Assembly (NCBI GenBank): GCA_036381055.1
Contig: DASVDO010000008.1
Coordinates: 7,177-71,176 of the forward strand
Length of the DNA stretch: 64,000 nucleotides
Direction: 5' to 3'
DNA from: Burkholderiales bacterium
GTDB lineage: Bacteria > Pseudomonadota > Gammaproteobacteria > Burkholderiales > SG8-39
The notes beneath the pieces were generated by a model, which saw nothing but the letters and a program-made list of their open reading frames with translations, was not told where the DNA came from and searched no databases. Below are positions 22,102 to 35,438 of this stretch, piece by piece (position 1 is the stretch's first letter; every line of letters starts with the position of its first letter). The position numbers and the translations under genes are program-made.

Positions 22102-23178
22102 CTAGCGGCCCAGCCGCAGGCGGATGAGCTGCATGCGCTGCGCGAACAGCACCACCAGCAGCGCCACCATGCCGGCGTGCACGATCCACACGCCGATCGA
22201 GAAGTCGAGCCGGCCCTGCGCCACGCGCGCCTGGCTGATCGACAGCAGGTTCGAGTAGACGATGTAGGTGAACAGCGCGAACAGCAGGTTCACCGAGCGG
22301 CCGGCGCGCGGGTTGACGAAGCTCATCGGGATGGCGAGGAAGGCGAGCACCAGCGCCGACACCGGGATGCCGATGCGCCAGAGCAGCTCGGCCAGGTTGT
22401 CGCGCGTCGGGCTGCGCACCAGCGCCGCGGTGGTGCGCTCCTTGGGCGAGGGCTGGCGCTGCGCGCTCTCGCGCGTCTCGATGCGCGCTTCGTAGCGCTC
22501 GAACTCGGTGACGCGGTACTCCTCCTCGCCCGGCATGCCTTCGTAGCGCCGGCCGTGCTCGAGCACGATGAAGCGGTCGCCGTTCGGCGCGGTCTCGGTG
22601 TGGCCGGTGCGGCTGATGCTCACCCCGCCGCGCCCCTGGTGCACCGACGAGACGAACACGTTCTGCACCTGGTTCGACTCCCCGGACACCGACTCGACGA
22701 AGAACACCCGCTCGCGCCCCGCGGTCTCGCCGAACACGCCCGGGGTGACGCGCGACACGTCGTCGCGCGCCTCGAGCGTCGCCCGGTACTGCGCCGCCAT
22801 CTGCGCCGCCCACGGCGAGATGAACAGCGCCAGCGCGGCGATCACCGCGATCTGCGGCAGGGCGAACAGCATCACCGGGCGCAGCCACGAGGCGAGCGAC
22901 AGCCCCGAGGAGAACCAGATCACCATCTCCGAGTCGCGCCAGCTGCGCGTGAGCGTCAGCAGCACCGAGATGAACATGGTGAGCGACAGCAGCACCGGCA
23001 GCGCGCCGAGCGCGAAGAAGCCGAGGAACGCCACCACCGCGTCGCTCGGGATCGAGCCGCCCGCGGCGCGGCCGAGCAGCCGGATCAGCTGCGTGGTGAG
23101 CGCGATCGCGAACAGCGTCATGAACACCGCCGCAGCGAGGCCCGCGAACTCCCGCAGCAGGGCCCTGTGAAATATCAA
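22102..23178 (-). CDS. lptF: LPS export ABC transporter permease LptF
   Basis: MIFHRALLREF... is a YjgP/YjgQ family N-terminus. Synteny with pepA supports the call. Confidence 0.9.
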   Translation of the reverse strand: MIFHRALLREFAGLAAAVFMTLFAIALTTQLIRLLGRAAGGSIPSDAVVAFLGFFALGALPVLLSLTMFISVLLTLTRSWRDSEMVIWFSSGLSLASWLRPVMLFALPQIAVIAALALFISPWAAQMAAQYRATLEARDDVSRVTPGVFGETAGRERVFFVESVSGESNQVQNVFVSSVHQGRGGVSISRTGHTETAPNGDRFIVLEHGRRYEGMPGEEEYRVTEFERYEARIETRESAQRQPSPKERTTAALVRSPTRDNLAELLWRIGIPVSALVLAFLAIPMSFVNPRAGRSVNLLFALFTYIVYSNLLSISQARVAQGRLDFSIGVWIVHAGMVALLVVLFAQRMQLIRLRLGR

Positions 23179-23217
23179 GGAGACGACCCCTCCGGGGTGT
23201 CATGCGATACTTTCACC

Positions 23218-24696
23218 ATGGAATTTAGCATAAAGGCCCTCTCGCCCGAGACGGCCAAAGCCGGCTGCATCGTGCTCGGCGTGCACGCGCAGAAGGCGCT
23301 CACGCCGGCGGCGCGCCGCGTCGACCAGCGCGCCCGGGGCGCGCTGCGCGCGGCGCTCGACGACCTGCCCTCGCGCACCGGCGCCACCCTGCTGCTGCGC
23401 GGCCTGCCCGGCGTCGCCGCCGAGCGCGTGCTGCTCGTGTCGCTCGGCGAGAAGAAGGAATACGGCGAGGCGGCGTACCGCGACGCGGTGCGCGGCGCGG
23501 GCGCCGCGCTGCGCGAGCTCGGCGCGCGCGACGCGGCGTTTTTCCTGGTCGACGAGAAGGTGGGCGAGCGGCCGCTCGCCTGGAACCTGCGCCACGCGGT
23601 GCTCGGGCTGCGCGAGGCCTTCTACCGCTTCGACGAGCTCAAGTCGCAGAAGAAGCCGCCGGCGGCGGCGCTGGCGCGCGTCGTGCTGCCCTTCAGCCCG
23701 GCCGCGGCGCTGCAGGCGGCGCTCGAGGAAGCCGAGGCCACCGCCGAGGGCGTGGCGCTCGCGCGCACGCTCGGCAACCTGCCGTCCAACATCTGCACGC
23801 CGAGCTATCTCGCCGAGCAGGCCGGCCGCCTGGCGCGGCAGTTCAAGCTGTCGCTCGAGGTGCTCGAGCGGCGCGACATGGAGAAGCTCGGCATGGGCGC
23901 GCTGCTCTCGGTGGCGCGCGCCTCGCGCGAGCCGCCCAAGCTGATCGTGCTGCGCTATTCCGGCGCGGCGAAGTCGCAGAAGCCGCTGGTGCTGGTCGGC
24001 AAGGGCATCACCTTCGACACCGGCGGCATCTCGATCAAGCCCGCGGCCGAGATGGACGAGATGAAGTTCGACATGTCGGGCGCGGGCTCGGTGCTCGGCG
24101 CGCTGCGCGCGCTGGCCGGCCTGCGCGCGCCGCTCAACGCGGTGGGCATCATCCCGACCTGCGAGAACATGCCCGGCGGCTCGGCGACCAAGCCGGGCGA
24201 CGTGGTGAAGACCCTGTCGGGCCAGACCGTCGAGATCCTCAATACCGACGCCGAGGGCCGGCTCATCCTCTGCGACGCGCTCACCTACGCCGAGCGCTTC
24301 AATCCCGACGTGGTGCTCGACGTGGCGACGCTCACCGGCGCCTGCGTGATCGCGCTCGGCCACGTGGCGACGGGGCTGTTCGCCAACGACGAGCGCCTCG
24401 CCGAGGAGATCCGCGTCGCGGCCGACGACGCCTGGGACCGCGTCTGGCGCATGCCGCTCTGGGACGAGTACCAGGAGCAGCTGCGCTCGAACTTCGCCGA
24501 CTTCGCCAACATCGGCGGCCGTCCGGCGGGCAGCATCACCGCCGCCTCCTTCCTCGCGCGCTTCACGAAGAAGCTGCGCTGGGCGCACCTCGACATCGCC
24601 GGCACCGCGTGGAAGAGCGGCCGCGAGAAGGGCTCGACCGGGCGGCCGGTGCCGCTGCTCGTGCGCTTCGCGCTGCGCCACGCAGGAAAAACGTGA
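23218..24696 (+). CDS. pepA: leucyl aminopeptidase (M17)
   Basis: VGKGITFDTGGISIKP and NTDAEGRLILCD are the M17 signatures. Trimmed from composite ORF 22081-24696. Confidence 0.95.
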   Translation: MEFSIKALSPETAKAGCIVLGVHAQKALTPAARRVDQRARGALRAALDDLPSRTGATLLLRGLPGVAAERVLLVSLGEKKEYGEAAYRDAVRGAGAALRELGARDAAFFLVDEKVGERPLAWNLRHAVLGLREAFYRFDELKSQKKPPAAALARVVLPFSPAAALQAALEEAEATAEGVALARTLGNLPSNICTPSYLAEQAGRLARQFKLSLEVLERRDMEKLGMGALLSVARASREPPKLIVLRYSGAAKSQKPLVLVGKGITFDTGGISIKPAAEMDEMKFDMSGAGSVLGALRALAGLRAPLNAVGIIPTCENMPGGSATKPGDVVKTLSGQTVEILNTDAEGRLILCDALTYAERFNPDVVLDVATLTGACVIALGHVATGLFANDERLAEEIRVAADDAWDRVWRMPLWDEYQEQLRSNFADFANIGGRPAGSITAASFLARFTKKLRWAHLDIAGTAWKSGREKGSTGRPVPLLVRFALRHAGKT

Positions 24697-25121
24697 CGAG
24701 CGTCGACTTCTACTTCAACGCCGCCGACCGGCTGCAGGTCGCCTGCCGGCTCGCCGGCAAGGCGCTGGCGCAGGGACGCAGCCTGCTGATCTACGCGCCC
24801 GAGGGCGACACCGCGAGCCGCATCGACCGGCTGCTCTGGACCTGGCCGGCGACCGGCTTCGTGCCGCACTGCGCGCTGCACGACCCGCTCGCCGCCGACA
24901 CGCCGGTGCTGATCGCCGCCGATGCCGAGACGCCGCCGCGCTGCGACGTGCTGCTCAACCTCTCGGCCGAGTGCCCGCCGCACTTCGAGCGCTTCGAGCG
25001 GCTGCTCGAGGTGGTCGGCGCGGACGAGGACGAGCGCGCCGCCGGCCGCGCCCGCTACCGCTTCTACAAGAGCCGCGGCTACCCGATCGGCCACCACGAC
25101 CTCTCGCAGAAAGATGCCTGA
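24693..25121 (+). CDS. holC: DNA polymerase III chi subunit
   Basis: VDFYFNAADRLQVACRL...DRLLWTW..GFVPH is the chi pattern. GTGA overlap with the pepA stop. pepA-holC-valS synteny supports the call. Confidence 0.85.
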   Translation: MTSVDFYFNAADRLQVACRLAGKALAQGRSLLIYAPEGDTASRIDRLLWTWPATGFVPHCALHDPLAADTPVLIAADAETPPRCDVLLNLSAECPPHFERFERLLEVVGADEDERAAGRARYRFYKSRGYPIGHHDLSQKDA

Positions 25122-25421
25122 GACGCCGCAAGTCCCCGTGCTCACCGAGATCGTCGCCGACGAGCCCTCGGCGCGCCGCGCCGTCGACCCGGCGGCGCTC
25201 GAGGCGCTGGCGCGCGAGCTCGAGCGCGCCGTGCTGGTGCGCCTGTCCGCGGAGGTCGACCGCGTCATCGAGGAGCGCCTGGCGCGCACGCTGTCCGAGG
25301 TGCTCGGCCAGGCGCTCGAGGGCGTGCGCGCCGAGCTGACCGTCACCGTGACCCAGATGGTGCGCGAGGCGGTGGCCGCCTCGGTCGCCCACGCGCTCGC
25401 CGCCCCGGACCCCGGCCAGTA

Positions 25422-25422
<1 letters not shown>
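25114..25422 (+). CDS. hypothetical small protein
   Basis: 102-aa ORF packed between holC and valS with helical, non-shadow-like composition. No family recognised. Confidence 0.45.
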
Positions 25423-28166
<2,744 letters not shown>

Positions 28167-28658
28167 CCTCGGCCTCGCGCCGGCTCGGCCACGAGAACTC
28201 GAAGCGCCAGCCGTGCTGCGCCTCGAGGCGCAGGCGGAACGCCTGCTCGAGCTCGCGCGAGGGCGTCGCGACGCAGCGCTCGGGGAAGCGCATCAGGAAG
28301 CTCGACGCCACCACGGCGCATTCGCCGACCTGCAGCACGCGCGTCTGCGCGATGCGCCGCGCGTGCAGGGTGATCTCGCCGTCGAGGTAGGCCGGCACGC
28401 CGAACTGCCGGTAGGTCGCCACCGCCGCGGCGAGCCCCCACGACAGCCAGCGGTCGCGCCGGCCCGGCGCGAACTTCAGCGGCACCACCAGCGCGAACGG
28501 GTAGCGCGCCGCCTCCTCGCCCCAGGCGAGCAGCGGCGCGGCGCCGCGTGCCTGCATCGCGGCGAGCGCGGTGCTCGTCGCGTCGAAGTCGCGCTGGCGG
28601 ATCGGGCCGAGGCGTATCCAGCGTGCCGTCATCGATCGAGAGTATATGATGCGCCGCG

Positions 28659-29603
28659 ATGGAAGAGCGCTCCGGCAACTGGCTCGTGCTCGTGGCGCGC
28701 CTGCCGGTGGAGGATCCGGCGGCGCGCATGCGCGTGCTGCGCACGCTCGAGTCGCTCGGCGCGGCGGTGATGCGCGAGGGCGTGTACCTGCTGCCCGACA
28801 CGCCCTCCGGGCGCCAGTCGCTCGAGGCGCTCGCCGACTACGTCGGGCGCAGCGCCGGCACGGCCGAGCTGCTGCGCGTCGGCGCCGCCTCGCCGGCGCA
28901 GGACCAGGGCTTCGTGCGGCTGTTCGACCGCTCGGCGCGCTACGACTCGCTGGTGAAGACCGTCGAGAGCCTGCGCATCGGCTTCGGCCACTCCGACCCG
29001 GGCGCCATCTCGCGCGTGCTCGCCAAGCAGCGGCGCGAGCTGGAGGACATCGTCGCGCTCGACTTCTTTCCCGGCGAGGCGCGCAAGCGCGCCGAGGAGG
29101 CGCTGCGCGAGGCGGAGGCCGCGGTGAAGAAGCTGCTGTTCGCCGCGCGCTCGCAGGCCGAGCTCGGGCGCGGCGAGAAGCTGTTCGCGCGCACCTGGGC
29201 GACGCGCAAGCCGCTGTGGGCCGACCGGCTCGCCTGCGCGTGGCTGATCCGGCGCTTCGTCGACCCGGAGGCCACGCTGGTCTGGCTGGAGAAGGGCGAC
29301 GCGGCGCCCGCCGGCGCCGTCGGCTACGCCTTCGACGGGGCGCACTTCGCGGCGAGCGAGGCGCGCGTCGCCTACGAGGAGATGCTGCACCGGCTGAACC
29401 TCGCCGCCAACCCGGCGCTCGCCAAGATCGGCGCCATCGTGCACGCGCTGGAGATGCGCGGCCAGGGCGTGCCCGAGGCGGCCGGCGTGCACACCCTGCT
29501 GCAGGGCGCGCAGCGGCGCGCGAGCGGCGACGCGGAGCTGCTCGCCGAGGCGGAGAAGACCTTCGACCTGCTCTACGAGGCCTACTACGAGCCGCGCCGC
29601 TAG
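28659..29603 (+). CDS. ChrB-domain protein
   Basis: The N-terminal ChrB pattern reads [35 protein letters not shown]. The C-terminal part reads [28 protein letters not shown]. Confidence 0.75.
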   Translation: MEERSGNWLVLVARLPVEDPAARMRVLRTLESLGAAVMREGVYLLPDTPSGRQSLEALADYVGRSAGTAELLRVGAASPAQDQGFVRLFDRSARYDSLVKTVESLRIGFGHSDPGAISRVLAKQRRELEDIVALDFFPGEARKRAEEALREAEAAVKKLLFAARSQAELGRGEKLFARTWATRKPLWADRLACAWLIRRFVDPEATLVWLEKGDAAPAGAVGYAFDGAHFAASEARVAYEEMLHRLNLAANPALAKIGAIVHALEMRGQGVPEAAGVHTLLQGAQRRASGDAELLAEAEKTFDLLYEAYYEPRR

Positions 29604-31042
29604 CGGCGCTGCTGCTCGCGCAGCTCCTCGGCGTGGCGCGCGCGCAGCTCCTTGAGCCGCGCGTCGACCATGGAGAGCTGGTAGAAGTCGCCGTCGCCCG
29701 CCGCGCGCGCGAGCTGCAGCTGCTCGATCGCCGCGGGCAGGCTGCCCTGCAGGGCGTACGCCTCGCCCTGCGCCTGGTGCTGCAGCAGGCGCTTGCCGAG
29801 CGCCGCGTAGCTCTTCGCCTGCAGCGTGTACAGGCGCGCATCGTGCGGATAGGCGCGCAGCGACTCGCGCAGCACGGCGAGCGCGTCCTCGTGGCGCGCC
29901 TCGGCCTGCAGCGCGCTCGCCCGGGCGTAGGCGAGCGCGCGCGACTCGGGGTAGCGCTCGGCGGCGCGCGCGAGCACCGCGTCCGCGGCGCGGCGCTCGC
30001 CCGCCGCCTGCTTCACCCGCGCGTCGAGCAGCTCGATCATCGGGCTCGCGGCGCCGGCGGCGCGCAGGCGCGCCAGCTCGGCGGCCGCCTCGGCGCTCTT
30101 GCCCTCGCGCAGCAGCGCCGCGGCGAGCCCGTAGCGCGTCGCCGCCTCGCTCGCGTAGCGTTTCTCGCGCAGCGCGGCGCGGAAATAGGCCACCGCGCGC
30201 TCCGGCTCGCCGGACTCGGCGCGCAGCTTGGCGCGCACCAGGTGGAAGTCGAGCGAGTCGACATACTGCTTGTACGGCGTGTGGGCGGCGCGGTTCTGCG
30301 CGTCGGCGATGCGTTCGACCGTCATCGGGTGCGTGCGCAGCCAGCCGGGCAGCGTCGAGTCCTCGGACACGCGGTTGGCGCGCTGCAGCTTCTCGAACAT
30401 CGCCGCCATGGCGCGCGGGTCGAAGCCGGCCGCCATCAGGGTGCGCAGGCCGATGCGGTCGGCCTCGCGCTCGAAGTCGCGCGAGTAACCGAGCTGCGAC
30501 TGGATGGCGCCGGCCTGCGCGGCCGCCACCGCGCCGGTCGCGAGGTCCGGGTTGGCGTGGCCCAGCAGGATCGCCGCGGCGAGCGCCGCGAGCATCGGCA
30601 TCTGCAGCTGCTGCTCCTGGCCGAGCATGCGCGCGATGTGCCGCTGCGAGACGTGCGCGATTTCGTGCGCCAGCACGCTCGCGAGCTGCGACTCCGAGTC
30701 GGCGAGCATCAGCAGCCCGGTGTTCACGCCGACGAAGCCGCCGGGCAGCGCGAACGCGTTCACCACGCTGTCGCGCATGGCGAAGAACTCGAAATCGCTG
30801 CGCGCCGAGGCGTTGGCGCGCACCAGGCGCATGCCGAGCTTCGACAGGTAGTCGAGGATCTCCGGGTCGTCGAGGTAGTGCGGGTCGCGGAAGCGGATGT
30901 CGCGCACGATCCGCTCGCCGATGCGCCGCTCGGTCTGCGGCGAGAGCACCACGTCGCCGACGCTGCCCAGGTCGGGCAGCGCCTGCGCGAGGGCGCGCGG
31001 CGCGGCGAGCGCGCAGACGAGGACGAGGAACGCGAGACGCAT
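29600..31042 (-). CDS. M48 family metalloprotease with C-terminal TPR repeats (BepA/YfgC-like)
   Basis: A signal peptide [19 protein letters not shown], the zinc motif [10 protein letters not shown] and TPR-like repeats are present. Trimmed from ORF 29600-31309. Confidence 0.85.
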   Translation of the reverse strand: MRLAFLVLVCALAAPRALAQALPDLGSVGDVVLSPQTERRIGERIVRDIRFRDPHYLDDPEILDYLSKLGMRLVRANASARSDFEFFAMRDSVVNAFALPGGFVGVNTGLLMLADSESQLASVLAHEIAHVSQRHIARMLGQEQQLQMPMLAALAAAILLGHANPDLATGAVAAAQAGAIQSQLGYSRDFEREADRIGLRTLMAAGFDPRAMAAMFEKLQRANRVSEDSTLPGWLRTHPMTVERIADAQNRAAHTPYKQYVDSLDFHLVRAKLRAESGEPERAVAYFRAALREKRYASEAATRYGLAAALLREGKSAEAAAELARLRAAGAASPMIELLDARVKQAAGERRAADAVLARAAERYPESRALAYARASALQAEARHEDALAVLRESLRAYPHDARLYTLQAKSYAALGKRLLQHQAQGEAYALQGSLPAAIEQLQLARAAGDGDFYQLSMVDARLKELRARHAEELREQQRR

Positions 31043-31063
31043 ACGTTTATGATATCGCCCGCC

Positions 31064-31555
31064 ATGGCAGGTTCCGTTACGCGAAAGCTCACGCACTTCG
31101 ACGCGCGCGGCGCCGCGCACATGGTCGACGTCGCCGACAAGCCGGCGACGCACCGCGTCGCGGTCGCCTCGGGCCGCATCCGCATGAGCGCCGCGACGCT
31201 GCGCCAGGTGCGGCGCGGCACCGCGCGCAAGGGCGACGTGCTGGGCGTCGCCCGCCTCGCCGCCATCCAGGCGGCGAAGCGCACCGCCGATCTCATCCCG
31301 CTCGCCCATCCTCTCGCGCTGACGCGCGTCGCGGTCGATTTCGCGTACGAGAAGGCCGCGCTGCGCATCGTCGCGCGCGTCGAGTGCCGCGGCCCGACCG
31401 GCGTGGAGATGGAAGCGCTCACCGCGGCCGCCGTCGGCCTGCTCACCGTGTATGACATGCTGAAGGCGGTCGAGCGCGGCATGACGCTCACCGACCTGCG
31501 GCTCGAAGAAAAAAGCGGCGGCCGCTCGGGCACCTACCGCCGGCCGGCCGGCTAG
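31064..31555 (+). CDS. moaC: cyclic pyranopterin monophosphate synthase
   Basis: [41 protein letters not shown] and GVEMEALTA are present. Confidence 0.95.
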   Translation: MAGSVTRKLTHFDARGAAHMVDVADKPATHRVAVASGRIRMSAATLRQVRRGTARKGDVLGVARLAAIQAAKRTADLIPLAHPLALTRVAVDFAYEKAALRIVARVECRGPTGVEMEALTAAAVGLLTVYDMLKAVERGMTLTDLRLEEKSGGRSGTYRRPAG

Positions 31556-31557
31556 CG

Positions 31558-32781
31558 GTGCGCCCCGGCGCGCTGCGGCTGCTCGCCTGGTATGCCGCGA
31601 CGCGGGCCCTGATGCTGCTCGCGCTGCTCGGCGTCGAGCACGTGGTGCTGATGGACCCGCGCAACTGGCTGGTCGAGCTCGACGGCCGCGGCGTGCGCTT
31701 CGCCATGCCGGAGTATCCCTGGCCGGCGGTGCTGCTCCTCGACCTGCCGCTGCGGCTCGGCGTGCCGACGATCCTGCATTACTTCGCCGTGGTCGTCGTG
31801 TTCCTGCTCGCCGTCGACGCGGCGCTCGCGGTGCTGCTCTGGCGGGCCGCCGGCCGGCGGCCGAGCGCCGGGCTGTGGCTGTGGCTGCTCGCCGTGCCGG
31901 CGCTCGGCCCGCTCGTCTTCGCGCGCTTCGACCTGCTGCCCGCCGTCCTCGCGGTCGCGGCGTTGCTCGCGGTGCCCACGCGACCCTCCGCGGCGGGCGC
32001 GCTGGCGGCGCTCGGCACCTCGCTCAAGCTCTGGCCGGCGCTGGTGCTGCCGGCGCTGTTCGTCGCCCGGGAGAGAGCGGCGCGTCCGGCGCTCGTCGCC
32101 GGGTTCGCGTTTTGCCTCGCCGCGGCGGCGATCGTCACCGCGGTCGCCGCCGGCTGGCCGCGCCTCGGCTCGCCGTTCGCCGCGCTCGGCATGCGCGGCC
32201 TGCACCTCGAAGCCTTCGCCGCCCTGCCGCTCGCCTGGGCGCGCTACCTCGACGGCGGCGCGCGCTGGCTGGTGCGCTTCAGCGAGGCCTGCCATTGCCA
32301 CGAGATCGTCGGCCCGGGCGTCGCGCTCGCCGTGGCGGCCGGCCGCGCCGCGCTGCTCGCCGCGACCGCGTTCGTCGCGGCGCTCTACTGGCGCGCCCTG
32401 CGCGCCGGCGGCGCGCGCGAGCCGGGCGCCGCCGCCGTGCTCGTCGCGGCTTCGCTCCTCGCGTGGATGGTCGGCGCCAAGGTGCTCAGCCCGCAGTACC
32501 TGCTCTGGCTCGCCGCGCCGCTCGCGGCGGCGGGCGCGCTCTCGGCCGCGGCGCTCTCCCGGCTGGAGGTCGCGCTGCTCGTCGCCGCCGCCGCGCTCAC
32601 GCACCTCGTCTATCCGCTCGGCTACGAGGCGCTGGTGGTGCAGAGCCATCCGCTGCAGGGACCGCTGCTCGTCGTGCTGACGCTGCGCGACGCGCTGCTG
32701 CTCGCGCTCGGCGCGCGCCTCGCGCATCGCGCCTGGCGCACGAGCGCCGGCGCGCCGGCATCGAGTAAGATCGCCGCATAA
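31558..32781 (+). CDS. polytopic membrane protein, GT87/DUF2029-like (putative GT-C glycosyltransferase)
   Basis: About 10 hydrophobic segments. EYPWPAVLLL, TSLKLWPALVLP and SPQYLLWL resemble the DUF2029 pattern. The GTG start lies 2 nt after the moaC stop. Confidence 0.55.
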   Translation: MRPGALRLLAWYAATRALMLLALLGVEHVVLMDPRNWLVELDGRGVRFAMPEYPWPAVLLLDLPLRLGVPTILHYFAVVVVFLLAVDAALAVLLWRAAGRRPSAGLWLWLLAVPALGPLVFARFDLLPAVLAVAALLAVPTRPSAAGALAALGTSLKLWPALVLPALFVARERAARPALVAGFAFCLAAAAIVTAVAAGWPRLGSPFAALGMRGLHLEAFAALPLAWARYLDGGARWLVRFSEACHCHEIVGPGVALAVAAGRAALLAATAFVAALYWRALRAGGAREPGAAAVLVAASLLAWMVGAKVLSPQYLLWLAAPLAAAGALSAAALSRLEVALLVAAAALTHLVYPLGYEALVVQSHPLQGPLLVVLTLRDALLLALGARLAHRAWRTSAGAPASSKIAA

Positions 32782-32802
32782 CAACAATCGGGAGGTGGCC
32801 GC

Positions 32803-34269
32803 ATGTCCAGCGCGCTGCCCGCACGCCCGGCGGGCACCGAGCCGTTGCTGAGCGCCGGCACCACGTCGGCCGCGATCGTCGTGGTGAGCCTCCTGTGCTT
32901 CGTGCCGCTGAGCGCCAACGACTTCTGGCTGCACGCGGCGATCGGACGCATCATCCGCACGACGGGCGAGATTCCGGCGAGCGCGCTTTTCCCGTTCACC
33001 GAGGCCGCCGATTTCCCCTTCCACGCGCACGAATGGCTCGCCTCGCTGGTCATGCACCTGCTGGACGACGGCCTGGGCCACGAGCGGGTGATCTTCGCCA
33101 AGGGCCTGCTCGGGCTCGCGCTGTTCGGCCTCGCCTACCGCCTCTCGCACCGGCTGACCGGCAGCTTCCCGCTCGCCGTGCCGCTTTCGGTAGCGGCGCT
33201 GATCGTGGCGAACTTCCGATTCCGGCTGCGCCCGGAGCTGTTCGCGCTGCTCTTCGCCTTGCTGCTGCTGAACCTCCTCGCGGAGTACCGCGAGCGGCGC
33301 AACCCCTGGTATCTCGTCGCCTGCGCAGCGATCGCGGTGCCATGGGCCAACATGCACGGCTCGGCGCCGATCGCGGTGGCGCTGATCGGCGCCTTCGCCG
33401 CCGGCGCGGCGCTCTCGCCGGGCGAGCGCGTGCGCGCGGCGGCCCCGTACGCCCTGTGCGCCGCAGGGGTGGCGCTTGCCCTGCTCGTCAACCCCTATGG
33501 CGTCGGCGTGTATCGCTTCGCCTGGGAGCTGCAAGCTTCGGGCTACCTTCGCTCGCTCATCTACGAATGGATGCCGACCTTCTCCGGGCCGTTCGTCGGC
33601 ACGCGCGGCTTCTGGGCGTTCGTCGTCTACCTGGCGCTGCTCGGCGCGCTGCTGTACGCCGGGCGCAGGCGCGTCTCGCCGGAAGGCTGGCTGCTGCTCG
33701 CGGGCTTCGGCGCGCTGGCGCTGCACACGCAGCGCCATATCGCGTTTTTCGCGATCGTCTCGCTCTATCCCGCCTCGCTCGCCGCGCGCGCGCTCGCGCC
33801 GCGGCTGGAAACCTCGCGGCGGCTGCGCGTGGCTGTGCTCATCGCGCTGATGGCGGCGGGCGGCCTGCTGCTGCGCTTCGGCAACCTGTCGGGCGGATAC
33901 CCCTATTTCGTCGAATCGAACAACTTCTCGCCTCTGCTCGCCGGCTACGTGGACCAGGGCGGCGTGCGCGGCAACGTGCTCAACTCCTATGCGCTCGGCG
34001 CCGAGCTCGTGTACCGCGCCTGGCCGCGCGCCCGGCCGGCGATCGACTCGCGGGTCGACATCTACGGCGAGCGCTACCTGCTCTTCATCGAGCGCGTGCT
34101 GCGTGACGAAGCGCTGTTCCGCGATTTCGTGCGCCGCTACGACGTGAATTACGTGCTGCTCACCCGGCCCGACTTCGAGGGCGGCCTGCGCGGCATGCCG
34201 GGGCTGCAGCGCGACGGTTGGCGCATCGTCTTCGCCGACCACAAAGCCGTGCTGCTCGGCCGCAGATGA
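32803..34269 (+). CDS. polytopic membrane protein with a C-terminal soluble domain (putative GT-C-like)
   Basis: GGAGG lies 7 nt upstream of the ATG. The NDFW acidic motif follows TM1 directly. More than 10 hydrophobic segments are followed by a ~120-aa non-hydrophobic tail. Confidence 0.5.
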   Translation: MSSALPARPAGTEPLLSAGTTSAAIVVVSLLCFVPLSANDFWLHAAIGRIIRTTGEIPASALFPFTEAADFPFHAHEWLASLVMHLLDDGLGHERVIFAKGLLGLALFGLAYRLSHRLTGSFPLAVPLSVAALIVANFRFRLRPELFALLFALLLLNLLAEYRERRNPWYLVACAAIAVPWANMHGSAPIAVALIGAFAAGAALSPGERVRAAAPYALCAAGVALALLVNPYGVGVYRFAWELQASGYLRSLIYEWMPTFSGPFVGTRGFWAFVVYLALLGALLYAGRRRVSPEGWLLLAGFGALALHTQRHIAFFAIVSLYPASLAARALAPRLETSRRLRVAVLIALMAAGGLLLRFGNLSGGYPYFVESNNFSPLLAGYVDQGGVRGNVLNSYALGAELVYRAWPRARPAIDSRVDIYGERYLLFIERVLRDEALFRDFVRRYDVNYVLLTRPDFEGGLRGMPGLQRDGWRIVFADHKAVLLGRR

Positions 34270-35438
34270 GCACCGGGCGGGCCGACCGAGCGCTAAGCGT
34301 CGCGCTCGTCACGCATTACTTCCCGGCGCACCATGGCGGCGTCGAGCGGGTCGCCGGCGAGATCGCCGCGCGGCTGGCCGCGAGCGGCGCCGCGACGATC
34401 TGCTGGCACGCGAGCGACGTCGATCCGCCGCCCGCCGAGACGCCAGGCCTGCGCTGCATCGCCGCGGCAAGCTGCAACGCAGCCGAGCGGCTGCTCGGCT
34501 TCCCCTATCCCCTGTGGAGCCCGCGCGCGCTGGCGCGCGTGGCGCGCGCGGCGCGCGAGGCGGACGTCGTGCACCTGCACGATTGCGTCTACCTCGCCAA
34601 CGTCGTCGCCGCGCTGGCCGCGCGCCTGAAGGGCCGGCCGGTGGTGGTCACCCAGCACGTCGGCCGCATTCCCTATCGCAACCCGCTGCTGCGCGCCGGC
34701 GCGGCGGTGGCGACGCGGCTGCTCGGCAAGCTGGTGCTCGGCGGCGCCGCGCAAGCGGTGTTCGTCAGCGATACGGTGCTGCAGGAGTTCCAGCGCTTCG
34801 TGCGCTTCCGCCGGCCGCCGCTGCGCATCGCGAACGGCGTCGACGAGACGGCGTTCCATCCGCTCGAGGGGCCGGCGCGCCGCGAGCTGCGGCGCAGCCT
34901 CGCGGGCGCGTCCGATGTCCCGCTGCTCGCGTTCGCCGGCCGCTTCGTGGAGAAGAAGGGCCTGCACCTCGTGCGGCAGCTCGCCGCGGCACTGCCCGGC
35001 GTGCGGTGGCTGTTCGCCGGCTGGGGGCCGCTCGACCCGTCCCGCTGGGGGCTCGCCAACGTCTCGCTGCGCGGCAACCTCGCGCGCGGCGAGCTGGCGC
35101 AGCTCTACCAGGCCGCCGACCTGCTCGTGCTGCCGAGCGTCGGCGAGGGCTTCCCGCTGGTGGTGCAGGAGGCGATGGCCTGCGGCACGCCGGCGCTGGT
35201 CGGCGACGAGACGGCGGCGGCGGCGCCCGAGGCGGCCGGCCTGCTGCTGCACGAGCCGCTCGGCCGGCACGACGACGCCGAGCGCTGGCGCGCGCGCATC
35301 GAGGCGCTGCTCGCCGCGCCCGGCACATTGGCGGGGCTGCGCCCGCGCGTCGCCGCCTTCGCGCGGGAGGCCTGGTCCTGGGAGCGCGCCGTGCAGCGCT
35401 ATGCGCAGATCCTGCGCGAGGCGGCGGGCGACGCATGA
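34266..35438 (+). CDS. glycosyltransferase family 4 (GT-B)
   Basis: The E-x7-E motif EGFPLVVQEAMACGTP is present. ATGA overlap with the preceding gene. Confidence 0.85.
   Translation: MSTGRADRALSVALVTHYFPAHHGGVERVAGEIAARLAASGAATICWHASDVDPPPAETPGLRCIAAASCNAAERLLGFPYPLWSPRALARVARAAREADVVHLHDCVYLANVVAALAARLKGRPVVVTQHVGRIPYRNPLLRAGAAVATRLLGKLVLGGAAQAVFVSDTVLQEFQRFVRFRRPPLRIANGVDETAFHPLEGPARRELRRSLAGASDVPLLAFAGRFVEKKGLHLVRQLAAALPGVRWLFAGWGPLDPSRWGLANVSLRGNLARGELAQLYQAADLLVLPSVGEGFPLVVQEAMACGTPALVGDETAAAAPEAAGLLLHEPLGRHDDAERWRARIEALLAAPGTLAGLRPRVAAFAREAWSWERAVQRYAQILREAAGDA

Noticed and set aside
28659-29603. Annotating a chromate-resistance determinant.
   Set aside because: Only the ChrB-domain gene is present. 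There is no ChrA transporter, ChrC or ChrF in the window, so no resistance function can be claimed.
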